A DNA stretch of 30,105 bases, from IMG/VR virus record IMGVR_UViG_3300006151_000006, positions 64,001-94,105 of that record; one strand, given 5' to 3'. A program made the translations under genes and the position numbers. The notes under the pieces are model-generated. The model was given only the letters and a program-made list of their open reading frames with translations, had not been told where the DNA came from and searched no databases. Below, one piece after another: positions 9,526-17,785 of the stretch (the stretch's first letter is position 1; each line of letters begins with the position of its first letter). Source of the DNA: a virus. Taxonomy: Duplodnaviria; Heunggongvirae; Uroviricota; Caudoviricetes.

Positions 9526-9728
9526 TGCTCCCAATTGGCAGTAAAAATCCCAGTCAAATAAACATAGGCTCAACTGTCGTTGCATCCATTTATATGGGAA
9601 CAAAAGATGGCATCAAGAAGGGTGCCATTCTTTTGTGGGAAGCTGTTTCTAACTGCATTGCCGGTGGTTGGTGGCAACACGGTCATGGCTGGCAATATGG
9701 AATAGGTTGGTCTCAGAAACATAAATAA
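9525..9728 (+). CDS. Small hypothetical tail-module protein
   Basis: 67 aa, TAATG-coupled, with a Trp/Gly-rich C-terminus (GGWWQHGHGWQYGIGW). Confidence 0.55.
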   Translation: MLPIGSKNPSQINIGSTVVASIYMGTKDGIKKGAILLWEAVSNCIAGGWWQHGHGWQYGIGWSQKHK

Positions 9729-9742
9729 CTACATTCACATTT

Positions 9743-12700
9743 ATGGCAAAGAAACTAAAGGTCGTAAAGAAGACAATTGAGTCTTTGGATGAACCTTGGT
9801 GCGACCCTGATGCGGGAACGTGCCATGACATCGAAGACATTGAAAACTTCATCAAGGCCCAGTTTGAGAAAGCAGCCTCTGATTTGAATGATGGACTCTC
9901 GAAAAAGCCATCTGTATTCAAACGCTCTCAAGAAAAGGGTGCGGACAACTGCTATCACATTTATGGGTTTGCCTCTGAAGAAGACTATCTCAACTGGAAT
10001 TCTGACCCTGACACATACGCAGAATTGCTATTGTCAGATGTTTCGCTGCCTGATACCGGTGGCGGCTCATCTGCTGTCAGCTATATTGTTTCGCTATTGC
10101 GTGAAACAAGCGGTGATATTGTGACGATTGACAATACGGTGAAACTGAATGTCAAATTCACATCACAGGAATTCAACCCAATTGATCAATCGACTAACGA
10201 CACTCAGGAAGGTGGCGTAATGACTGTGCAAACTCGATTGAATGAATCGGCACAATGGACGACCAAAGGAACTATCAATATTCCTTATATCCCCAGTGAT
10301 TCTGATAAGTGGTTTGAGGCAGACCTTACGTCCATGATGGCAAGTGGCCGTCAACAAGTGCGTATCATCGTCAAAGGCGAAACCACTGAGTTGAGCACAC
10401 GCTATTTGAGCTTTTGGGTTACAAGGACTACTCTTGGCTTGCAGCTTTCAACACTTTGGGAGCAACCAGTGACTGATGGAGTATTGCGATTGGGGTACTA
10501 TATCAATGGAGCGGTTGCCAAAACACTTCATGTACTGATTGATGGAAAGCGTAAAGTAGAATTCCCTCTCGGTTTGACAACTTACACCCAGACACCTTAT
10601 CAGTGTAGTATATCAGATACAGATGATGAGCCTAACAAAATCATCACACATGGGGTACACACTGTTCAGGCTTGGCTTTCTGTCAATAATTCTGATGTCG
10701 TTAGTGAGACGCTAACATCACAGCACATGATTGTCACAGATCCGGCTGATACAACACCAAGGTTGCTACTCAATGATCTAAAGCAATCCATCACGAACTG
10801 GACTACAGAACAGCTTTTTACATACTCACTTTATAATCCGTCGGGTCAGGCATTGCCATTGAAACTTGCTTTGATGAATTATGCCGGAACTGAAAATTAT
10901 ATGACACTTGACCTTGGCGAAGTTACGCCTAATGAACGCCGAGCACTTATCAATGTCATTGAAATTGAGTCCGATGAAGTGAGCATTGATGCTTATATGC
11001 GTTTCTTGTCAGGCGAAACCGAAATTCACGAAATGATTGGCTTTTCAGTGGATAACACTGAGAACTTTGCTCCGACAGCTGGCTATGGGATGGCGATTAA
11101 CCCTCGTTCTCGTACAAATGACGAAGTTAATCCGATGTCTATTATCAACAGTGTTACTGGTGAAATTGTGCCATCGGTTTGGAAGAATTTCGGACTTGTT
11201 ACGGATGGCTGGATTACCGATGAAGATAATAACAAATGTCTTCGTCTCCCTTCTGGCACATCTATCGACATAGATTATGAAACCTTCAAAGATTACATTG
11301 GTACAGATAATCGTCGCTCACTAACCATAGAGTTAGATTTTGCAAGTCGCAATGTCACGGACGAGAACAAGCCTGCTTTGAGAATGTGTTCATATATGCC
11401 CGATGAAAAGCCTCTTGGTTTTGAATTGCTTCCTATTAGTGGACGCTTCCTAACTCAATCGAATCGTAGTGTTGATGATCAGGACGTAGGCTTCTTGCGA
11501 GACAAGCGTACACATCTGATGGTCAATATTGTGTATGGCATCAACGGCTCGTCGGTCAATATGGTGCGAATATTTGTAAATGGTACTTGTTCTCGTGAAT
11601 TTACATGGGAAACATCCGATGTATTTGTGCAGTTTGTGGATGGTGTGCGTACATCGCAAGGTATTCGCCTTGGGTCTGTAGGTACAGACATAGACATCTA
11701 TAATCTTCGTATCTACCATACTGCGTTGTCGTCATCTGATGTGCTTCAGAATTATATGGCATCGCAAGCGAGTGTGTCGCAGAAATTGGCTATCCGTCAA
11801 GCAAATGATTTGCTGGGTGATGATGGCCGGATTTCTTATGCAAAAGCTCACGAGAAATACCAAACGATTTGTTGGTGTATCGACGAAGGTGCTCACCTCC
11901 CTGCTTATGGAGATACTAAGAAATACGAAATACTTTCTCCTGTAACCATTATTGGTCGTAAAACCGCTGATGGATTTAAGGATGAGTTTTTGTATAACTG
12001 GTTCTTGCTTGGACAGGGCACGTCTTCAATGACCTATTTTGGTTGGAACATTGCAATGAACCCCAAGACCAAAAACCATAAAGACGATGCAGTATTAAGC
12101 AAAGTCAAGGGTACTTGGGTTGATATTCATGGAGTCGAACATAAAAGCGTCTATGCTTTGAATGATGGCGATCCTGAAGCAGCTAAACTTGTGGCAAAGG
12201 CAAACTGGGCCTCTTCTCAGCAAACACACAAGATGGGCTCTGTTAATGCTTTCAATGATTTGTGGAAAGCAGTCACTGGTGGCTCGACTATGACAAACAC
12301 TCCGGGTTACGAAAATTGCCGAGTATCGGTCAAACAGGAAGAATTCCTTGGCTTTGTTAAAATTGGCGATAATGAGCCTGAGTTTTTTGGGCTTTACACA
12401 TTTGGTCCGGGTAAGGGTGATAAGCCAACTTTTGCCTGTGATATGGATAAGTTTCCCCATTATTTGATGCTTGAGGGTTGCGACAACGGTCAGCCTCTGA
12501 CCAATCACCGCATCCCTTGGAATGATGACATCCAGCCAGATGAAGATGGTGAAATCTATATGTTCAATGGTGGTAAACAATGGGAAATCTGTCTCGGTTC
12601 GGCCGATAACGTAAGCTATTTCCGCAGTGCTTTCAACTTTGTATATCTGAATTCACCTCATATCCATCCGTTTGTTGGCAAACTGTCTGAACTTCAAAAA

Positions 12701-15700
12701 TCTCAGTCAGTTAATAACCAGCATTTTTATTGGGTAACACAGTCTGGGGATGGAGCTGCGCAATATGACCTATTCCGTTATGATGTGTTGACAGGGCAAT
12801 GGGTTGATGCTGGCGTTAACAAATTGGGCGATGGTCAGTATGCAAAACTTAATATGGTTACTGACTTGGGGGTCACTCCGGTATCGAATGTATGGGAAAC
12901 GGTTAATGAGCAATTCAAGACTGCTCGTGTGCAACGATTCAGAAATAATGCTCATCTGTATTTTAAGCGTGACGATGCTCTATATCATCTATGCTTTGTG
13001 CTCTTGATTGCGGCAACTGACAACCGAGCTAAAAATACATACTTGTATTTGGATTATTACGAGGGCCGCATTGTCATCCACTTTGCCCAAGATGACCTTG
13101 ACTCCATCAAGAAAACAGATAATGAGGGGCGTTTGAACAAACCGTACTACATTGAAACACACGACCGTAACGCAGACAATATGCCTTACTGGAATGGTGA
13201 AGAAAATGCTATGTATGACTTGTTTGAGTTGGCTTTCCCTGATGAAATGCGCTCAATGATGCGCTCGATACTGACAGCGATGGCATCATTGGCCTCTCAG
13301 CAAGGCGCAATTATGGAGGCGAATAGTGACCCATTGATGCAATTCATGGAGAACTATTACTACCGCATTGCTCGTTCAATTCCAGCTGTAGCATACAATG
13401 AGACAGCTCGAATTCGTTACGAGACAGCAGCTATTGCATGGCAACAGGGCAAATATGTGGCTTCAGTTCATCCGCTTGCCCAGTCACTCGGCTCTCAGTT
13501 GGAGAATGAGCTGGAATGGATGCGTCAACGTCTAATCTATATTTCATCGTATGCTTCCTACGGACAATTCTCGATGAATGGACAAGGCTCGTTGACATTC
13601 CGTTCTGTAAAGATGTTGAGTGGCGAAAACCCAACATACGATTTCGATCTGACTCCAGCATTGTGGCTCTATCCGGCAGCAAGCTCAGGTTCGTCAACAT
13701 ACTTTGGTACAGGAAATTCGCGTCCTGTTCGTGTTAAGGCTGGCGAGGTCTTTAGGCTTGCCGGTATTCCTTCTGATGGCAATACCAACATTCAGCTACA
13801 TGGCATTGACTACTACACCAATATTGGTGAATTTGGTAATAAACCGCTTCAGGGTGAGGCCTTTGGTATAGCCGGTGAACGATTGACAGAATTTGTCGCC
13901 TCTGCTATGCCAGCAGAATTTAGACCTCCCAAAGTTACTGCCACTGCACCAATGTTGCGTAAGATTGATTTGCGGAATCGAGTTTCTGTAACCGGTGCTT
14001 TGGATTTCTCTGCACAAACACGCTTAGAGTCATTAGATGCTTGGGGGACTTCTATCACACAGTTTATGGTTGGCGATCCGACTAAGATTACCAAATTGTC
14101 TTTGCCTGCAACATTGACTGCCTTATCAATGGAAAATTACACCAATCTCGATACTGAAAATTTTGAGATTGAAGGAGTTGCGCATATTCAGACTCTGACG
14201 TTCCATAATTGTCCAAATCTGAACAGCCAGCAACTGATAACCAGTTTGTTGACTGAGGATGGTTCTCAGTTAAGCAGTTGCAAGATTGACAACATTAACT
14301 GGACCAACTTCTCTATCAACAACTTGATGAAACTGGTGGATATAGATTCTGATTTGGAAGGCTATATTGAAATCAACTCAAGCCATAACTTGACTTTTGA
14401 GATGAAACAAAAGATTTTGGCAAAATGGGGCGATGTTGATAAAGAAAACAACAAGCTACGGCTGAAATACACTCAGCGTCCTTTACAGAATGTTAGCGTT
14501 GTCGGTCAGAAATACTTCGATAAGACAGGCACTTATCAATTGAAGGTACAGCCAAATTCCAATAATGCCAACAAATTCTCAGCAATTCGTTGGGCGATGA
14601 CAAATAATGGTTATGCTACAATTGACTCCAAGACTGGTATAGTTACAGTTACGAAAGTTGGCACTGAGGAGCAAGAGCCCATCGCTCAAATCACAGTGAC
14701 CGTTACTTTGACAGATGGAACAGAGGTTTCTGATACTGTGACCGTAGGTTTCTATCATAGGTCTTGTAAATTAGGTGATTATGTATTTGCTGACGGTTCA
14801 TACTCTAATGTGCTGGATCGTTCTAAGACAGTAGTAGGTATTTGCTTCTATATTGACAGGAAAAATCCGCAAAACCGTTTGGCCGTTGCATTATCAGATG
14901 TGTCAACTGGTATTCAGTGGGGATTGTATTTCAACAATACAACCACTGATCAGAACTGGATAGAAGGTAGCGCAAATGACTTGAATTACAATATTCGAGA
15001 TATAGAACTGGACGATACATTGAATTATGATGTTTATGACATACCTACAATTCAAAATATCACCAGTCGTGGCTTAACGACATTGGATGGTAAGGATAAT
15101 GCGTATATCACAGCTGAAACATTTCGCGATGAAGAATACGGTGATGAAGATGGATTTAAGATAATGAGTCCTACTACAGCAATGGGCGATATGGGCTTTC
15201 AAGAGCTTCGATCTCCTATCGCTGGGTATAAGGAGGGTGAAATAATTTCAAAAAGTTTATTGAAAACTTTACAAATTATTGAGCACCGCAACATCATATT
15301 GAATGACTCTGCGGTGAACCTTCCAGTGCCTTATGTGGGTGACAAAATGACTGAAATGGAGCACCTTAATCAGTTGATGTTAAATATTGTTAACGATTTG
15401 GGTGCTGCAAAATACCGTCAATTTTATTACCCAGCGGCTTCACTTTGTCACAGTTATCAGCCTGCGGTTAAAACCGACGAGGAGCTTTCTCCACTATTCT
15501 TAGCCGGTAAGTGGTCATTACCCTGTGAAGGCGACTTAGCTCGTTTGTGCTGGTTCCATCGCTGTGGTTACGAAGTTGGCGATGAAGGCGCGATCTTCGC
15601 TCAGGGACGAGTGGATGGAGTTTTTACAGCATTCACGAACACTTGGTACTGGAGCGCATCTGAGCTCAGTCGCTACTACGCATGGTACGTCTACTTCTCG

Positions 15701-15766
15701 GATGGCAGCACGTACGGCGGCAGCAAGTACGGCAGTAGCCGGGTTCGTGCAGTTGTCGCATTTTGA
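9743..15766 (+). CDS. DGR target: 2007-aa multidomain tail-associated/receptor-binding protein (LamG-like, CotH-kinase-like, LRR-like, Ig-like, C-terminal C-type-lectin-fold variable region)
   Basis: The last 110 bp match the TR with adenine-only mismatches. The C-terminus YWSASE...AWYVYF..G......SRVRAVVAF is the CLec-type DGR target signature. Internal domains were recognised from motifs only. Confidence 0.9.
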   Translation: MAKKLKVVKKTIESLDEPWCDPDAGTCHDIEDIENFIKAQFEKAASDLNDGLSKKPSVFKRSQEKGADNCYHIYGFASEEDYLNWNSDPDTYAELLLSDVSLPDTGGGSSAVSYIVSLLRETSGDIVTIDNTVKLNVKFTSQEFNPIDQSTNDTQEGGVMTVQTRLNESAQWTTKGTINIPYIPSDSDKWFEADLTSMMASGRQQVRIIVKGETTELSTRYLSFWVTRTTLGLQLSTLWEQPVTDGVLRLGYYINGAVAKTLHVLIDGKRKVEFPLGLTTYTQTPYQCSISDTDDEPNKIITHGVHTVQAWLSVNNSDVVSETLTSQHMIVTDPADTTPRLLLNDLKQSITNWTTEQLFTYSLYNPSGQALPLKLALMNYAGTENYMTLDLGEVTPNERRALINVIEIESDEVSIDAYMRFLSGETEIHEMIGFSVDNTENFAPTAGYGMAINPRSRTNDEVNPMSIINSVTGEIVPSVWKNFGLVTDGWITDEDNNKCLRLPSGTSIDIDYETFKDYIGTDNRRSLTIELDFASRNVTDENKPALRMCSYMPDEKPLGFELLPISGRFLTQSNRSVDDQDVGFLRDKRTHLMVNIVYGINGSSVNMVRIFVNGTCSREFTWETSDVFVQFVDGVRTSQGIRLGSVGTDIDIYNLRIYHTALSSSDVLQNYMASQASVSQKLAIRQANDLLGDDGRISYAKAHEKYQTICWCIDEGAHLPAYGDTKKYEILSPVTIIGRKTADGFKDEFLYNWFLLGQGTSSMTYFGWNIAMNPKTKNHKDDAVLSKVKGTWVDIHGVEHKSVYALNDGDPEAAKLVAKANWASSQQTHKMGSVNAFNDLWKAVTGGSTMTNTPGYENCRVSVKQEEFLGFVKIGDNEPEFFGLYTFGPGKGDKPTFACDMDKFPHYLMLEGCDNGQPLTNHRIPWNDDIQPDEDGEIYMFNGGKQWEICLGSADNVSYFRSAFNFVYLNSPHIHPFVGKLSELQKSQSVNNQHFYWVTQSGDGAAQYDLFRYDVLTGQWVDAGVNKLGDGQYAKLNMVTDLGVTPVSNVWETVNEQFKTARVQRFRNNAHLYFKRDDALYHLCFVLLIAATDNRAKNTYLYLDYYEGRIVIHFAQDDLDSIKKTDNEGRLNKPYYIETHDRNADNMPYWNGEENAMYDLFELAFPDEMRSMMRSILTAMASLASQQGAIMEANSDPLMQFMENYYYRIARSIPAVAYNETARIRYETAAIAWQQGKYVASVHPLAQSLGSQLENELEWMRQRLIYISSYASYGQFSMNGQGSLTFRSVKMLSGENPTYDFDLTPALWLYPAASSGSSTYFGTGNSRPVRVKAGEVFRLAGIPSDGNTNIQLHGIDYYTNIGEFGNKPLQGEAFGIAGERLTEFVASAMPAEFRPPKVTATAPMLRKIDLRNRVSVTGALDFSAQTRLESLDAWGTSITQFMVGDPTKITKLSLPATLTALSMENYTNLDTENFEIEGVAHIQTLTFHNCPNLNSQQLITSLLTEDGSQLSSCKIDNINWTNFSINNLMKLVDIDSDLEGYIEINSSHNLTFEMKQKILAKWGDVDKENNKLRLKYTQRPLQNVSVVGQKYFDKTGTYQLKVQPNSNNANKFSAIRWAMTNNGYATIDSKTGIVTVTKVGTEEQEPIAQITVTVTLTDGTEVSDTVTVGFYHRSCKLGDYVFADGSYSNVLDRSKTVVGICFYIDRKNPQNRLAVALSDVSTGIQWGLYFNNTTTDQNWIEGSANDLNYNIRDIELDDTLNYDVYDIPTIQNITSRGLTTLDGKDNAYITAETFRDEEYGDEDGFKIMSPTTAMGDMGFQELRSPIAGYKEGEIISKSLLKTLQIIEHRNIILNDSAVNLPVPYVGDKMTEMEHLNQLMLNIVNDLGAAKYRQFYYPAASLCHSYQPAVKTDEELSPLFLAGKWSLPCEGDLARLCWFHRCGYEVGDEGAIFAQGRVDGVFTAFTNTWYWSASELSRYYAWYVYFSDGSTYGGSKYGSSRVRAVVAF
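15653..15762 (+). repeat. DGR variable repeat (VR)
   Basis: Ungapped 110-bp alignment to 16394-16503 with 16 mismatches, all opposite TR adenines in AAC codons; invariant 3' segment cgggttcgtgcagttgtcgcatt. Confidence 0.97.
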
Positions 15767-15775
15767 AATCGGTAC

Positions 15776-15799
15776 GCCCGGCTCCTTCCAGAGCCGGGC
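15776..15799 (+). promoter_or_regulatory. GC-rich hairpin/cruciform downstream of VR (DGR target-recognition element; may also act as a terminator)
   Basis: Perfect 9-bp stem gcccggctc / gagccgggc with a 6-nt loop cttcca, starting 10 nt after the target stop codon. Confidence 0.8.
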
Positions 15800-15852
15800 T
15801 ATAAATACCGGAATATCTATATTGTTTTGCAAATCGTTGGCACACAACATAT

Positions 15853-15860
15853 TATCTTTG
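15853..15860 (+). promoter_or_regulatory. Possible Bacteroidetes housekeeping promoter -7 box (TAnnTTTG) upstream of avd
   Basis: tatctttg at 15853-15860. A tttg at 15826-15829 is 23 nt upstream, slightly longer than the usual spacing. Confidence 0.35.
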
Positions 15861-15862
15861 GT

Positions 15863-16258
15863 ATGAAACACCAATCTTCACAAACTCCTGTATATAGATT
15901 GACGGAACGACTTATGATTCTTTCAATTCCGATGATTAGTCGTCTCCCGAAATCGACTCCCTATCAAGTTTTGGGAGGTAAGTTTATAAGTAATGTAAAT
16001 GATTGTTTGGACATCATTTCAATTGCTTATGGACTTGACAGAAATTCAGCAACATATATTACCGCTCGTAAAGAATGTCATGGAAACCTACACCTACGCT
16101 TGACATCATTGAAAACAATGGTGCGCGTCTTTAAAAAGGTGAGGTTTACTAATCATAAGGGAGACTTGATTCCTGTAGTTTCGCCACGACATGAGGGTGA
16201 GTTTGTTGACTTAGTGAACCAAATCAGCGTCCAAATAGACGCATGGCTTGGGCGATAA
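15863..16258 (+). CDS. avd: DGR accessory variability determinant (Avd-like four-helix bundle)
   Basis: About 131 aa, basic and helical, with VY......RLPK..Y.LG and a terminal QI..W; sits between VR and TR. ATG at 15863 preferred; frame open from 15827. Confidence 0.8.
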   Translation: MKHQSSQTPVYRLTERLMILSIPMISRLPKSTPYQVLGGKFISNVNDCLDIISIAYGLDRNSATYITARKECHGNLHLRLTSLKTMVRVFKKVRFTNHKGDLIPVVSPRHEGEFVDLVNQISVQIDAWLGR

Positions 16259-16520
16259 AGTTGTCGCAGTGCTTCATATTACATAACTAAGGTTGTGGAT
16301 ATTAATAATCTCTTATCATTGAATGGGTGTGGCACAGAGTTACTGAGAAATCAGGACTTTGTTACGACGAAAATTAGCCACATGACTGCGCGTAGCGCAT
16401 CTGAGAACAGTCGCAACAACGCATGGAACGTCAACTTCTCGGATGGCAACACGAACAACAACAACAAGTACAACAGTAACCGGGTTCGTGCAGTTGTCGC
16501 ATTAGATGCGGAGATTAAGG
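16259..16520 (+). ncRNA. Putative DGR template RNA (structured leader plus TR); ends uncertain
   Basis: A nested stem-loop with a GAAA tetraloop at 16328-16382 lies directly upstream of the TR. DGRs are known to use a TR-containing RNA. Confidence 0.55.
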
Positions 16521-17785
16521 AAGGTTGGGTGGTTGCCAAAGATGATTGTTGTGCCAATAAATATTCTACTTCTCAATGTGAAGAATGGCGCATGATTGAG
16601 AACTGGGAATTGTGGAATCTTATGTATGAGATATACTACGGAGACTACAAACCCACTACATCAACATGCTTCATCGTAAAGTTCCCATCATTCAGGGAAA
16701 TCTTTGCAGCAGCGTTTCGTGATAGGGTTGTTCAGCATTGGATTTGTCTAAGGCTGAACCCTCTATTTGAAACCCGCTTTTTCTTACAGCACAACGTATC
16801 TTTTAATTGCAGGAAAGGCTTCGGGACTTTAAGAGCAGCACAAGCCCTTAAAGTTGATATGGAGTATATGAGTGATATGTGGACGAAAGATGATGTCCAT
16901 GTCGGAAGATTTGACATTAAGGCTTTCTTTATGCACATTGACCGCAATATTCTTTGGGCCTTACTGGAGCCATTTATCAAGGAGAATTATCACGAGAAGG
17001 ATCTTGATGTCTTGCTTAGATTGACGAAACAGCAAGTATTTCATTGCCCTCAGGATGATTGCATTAGGAAATCGGACATCCGCATGTGGGATTTCCTACC
17101 ATTTCACAAGTCTATGTTTAATAGACCGAGACACTTTGGTATGGCGATCGGGAACATTCTCAGTCAATTGTGTGCAAACTTCTACTTGTCGTTCTTTGAT
17201 GCGATAATGTTGAAATTGTGTATGAGATATGGCTGTTGTTATAAACGATTTGTCGATGATTTCACTATCGTAGGTAGTAAAGAAGCAATCTTGAAAATCC
17301 GAGCCATTGCTGAAAGATGGCTCAGCCTGTATCTCCATCTGACTTTGCACAGAGACAAATTCTATCTCCAGAAAGTATCTCACGGCTGCAAATTTGTGGG
17401 AACAACAATTATGCCTCATAGAACATATTTGGCAAGCCGTACTTATGGCGGAATGCACGATCAAATCTTTACATTGGCAGCTCTTTGTCGTTCTATCGCC
17501 AATCGTGGAGCTACCTTGAGTAAATTGAAGCGATTGCAGAACGAGGTATCTTCAATGAATTCTTACATTGGTTTCTCAGTTCATCATCGTTCATTTCAGA
17601 TGCGCTCAAAACTCTATAAACCCTATCTTGAAGACATTCGCAAGGTTTGTGTATTAAACTCTGATATGGGATTTGTAAGAATTAAGCGAAAATATGACTA
17701 TCAACAACAATTAATACGCAAGGAGGAACTTAGATATGAATATCCAAACTGGAACTACGAAACCGGAAGCAGTGACCTTCGTTAA
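16382..17785 (+). CDS. DGR reverse transcriptase (start uncertain: GTG 16295, ATG 16382 or GTG 16529)
   Basis: Motifs REIFAAAFRDRVVQH, DIKAFF, GMAIGNILSQLCANFYL (DGR-type SQ), RFVDD and KFVG; adjacent to TR and avd. Confidence 0.93.
   Translation: MTARSASENSRNNAWNVNFSDGNTNNNNKYNSNRVRAVVALDAEIKEGWVVAKDDCCANKYSTSQCEEWRMIENWELWNLMYEIYYGDYKPTTSTCFIVKFPSFREIFAAAFRDRVVQHWICLRLNPLFETRFFLQHNVSFNCRKGFGTLRAAQALKVDMEYMSDMWTKDDVHVGRFDIKAFFMHIDRNILWALLEPFIKENYHEKDLDVLLRLTKQQVFHCPQDDCIRKSDIRMWDFLPFHKSMFNRPRHFGMAIGNILSQLCANFYLSFFDAIMLKLCMRYGCCYKRFVDDFTIVGSKEAILKIRAIAERWLSLYLHLTLHRDKFYLQKVSHGCKFVGTTIMPHRTYLASRTYGGMHDQIFTLAALCRSIANRGATLSKLKRLQNEVSSMNSYIGFSVHHRSFQMRSKLYKPYLEDIRKVCVLNSDMGFVRIKRKYDYQQQLIRKEELRYEYPNWNYETGSSDLR
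16394..16503 (+). repeat. DGR template repeat (TR)
   Basis: Contains 12 in-frame AAC codons and is identical to the VR at every non-adenine position. Confidence 0.97.

Larger units (their letters stand above)
15653..17785 (+). mobile_element. Diversity-generating retroelement cassette (VR-hairpin-avd-TR-RT)
   Basis: All canonical components are present in the canonical order. Confidence 0.95.

Noticed and set aside
15800-15807. TATAAATA, the T4 late-promoter consensus
   Set aside because: A single AT-rich occurrence, not repeated before the structural genes, and no T4-type sigma context.
15536-15874. ORFs 15564-15866 (+) and 15536-15874 (-) over the VR
   Set aside because: Alternative-frame shadows of the GC-rich, stop-poor VR and hairpin; no recognisable motifs.
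16447-16480. AAC trinucleotide run as a microsatellite or CRISPR-like repeat
   Set aside because: It is the Asn-codon core of the DGR TR; there is no repeat-spacer periodicity and no cas genes.
16306-16517. Long-range pairing taatctct (16306-16313) with ggagatta (16510-16517) flanking the TR
   Set aside because: Only 7 bp plus one G-U in AT-rich sequence, which is expected by chance.
16295-17785. RT as a group II intron, retron or Abi RT
   Set aside because: The adjacent TR/VR pair with adenine-only mismatches, avd and the SQ motif identify a DGR; no intron domain V or maturase/endonuclease extension is evident.
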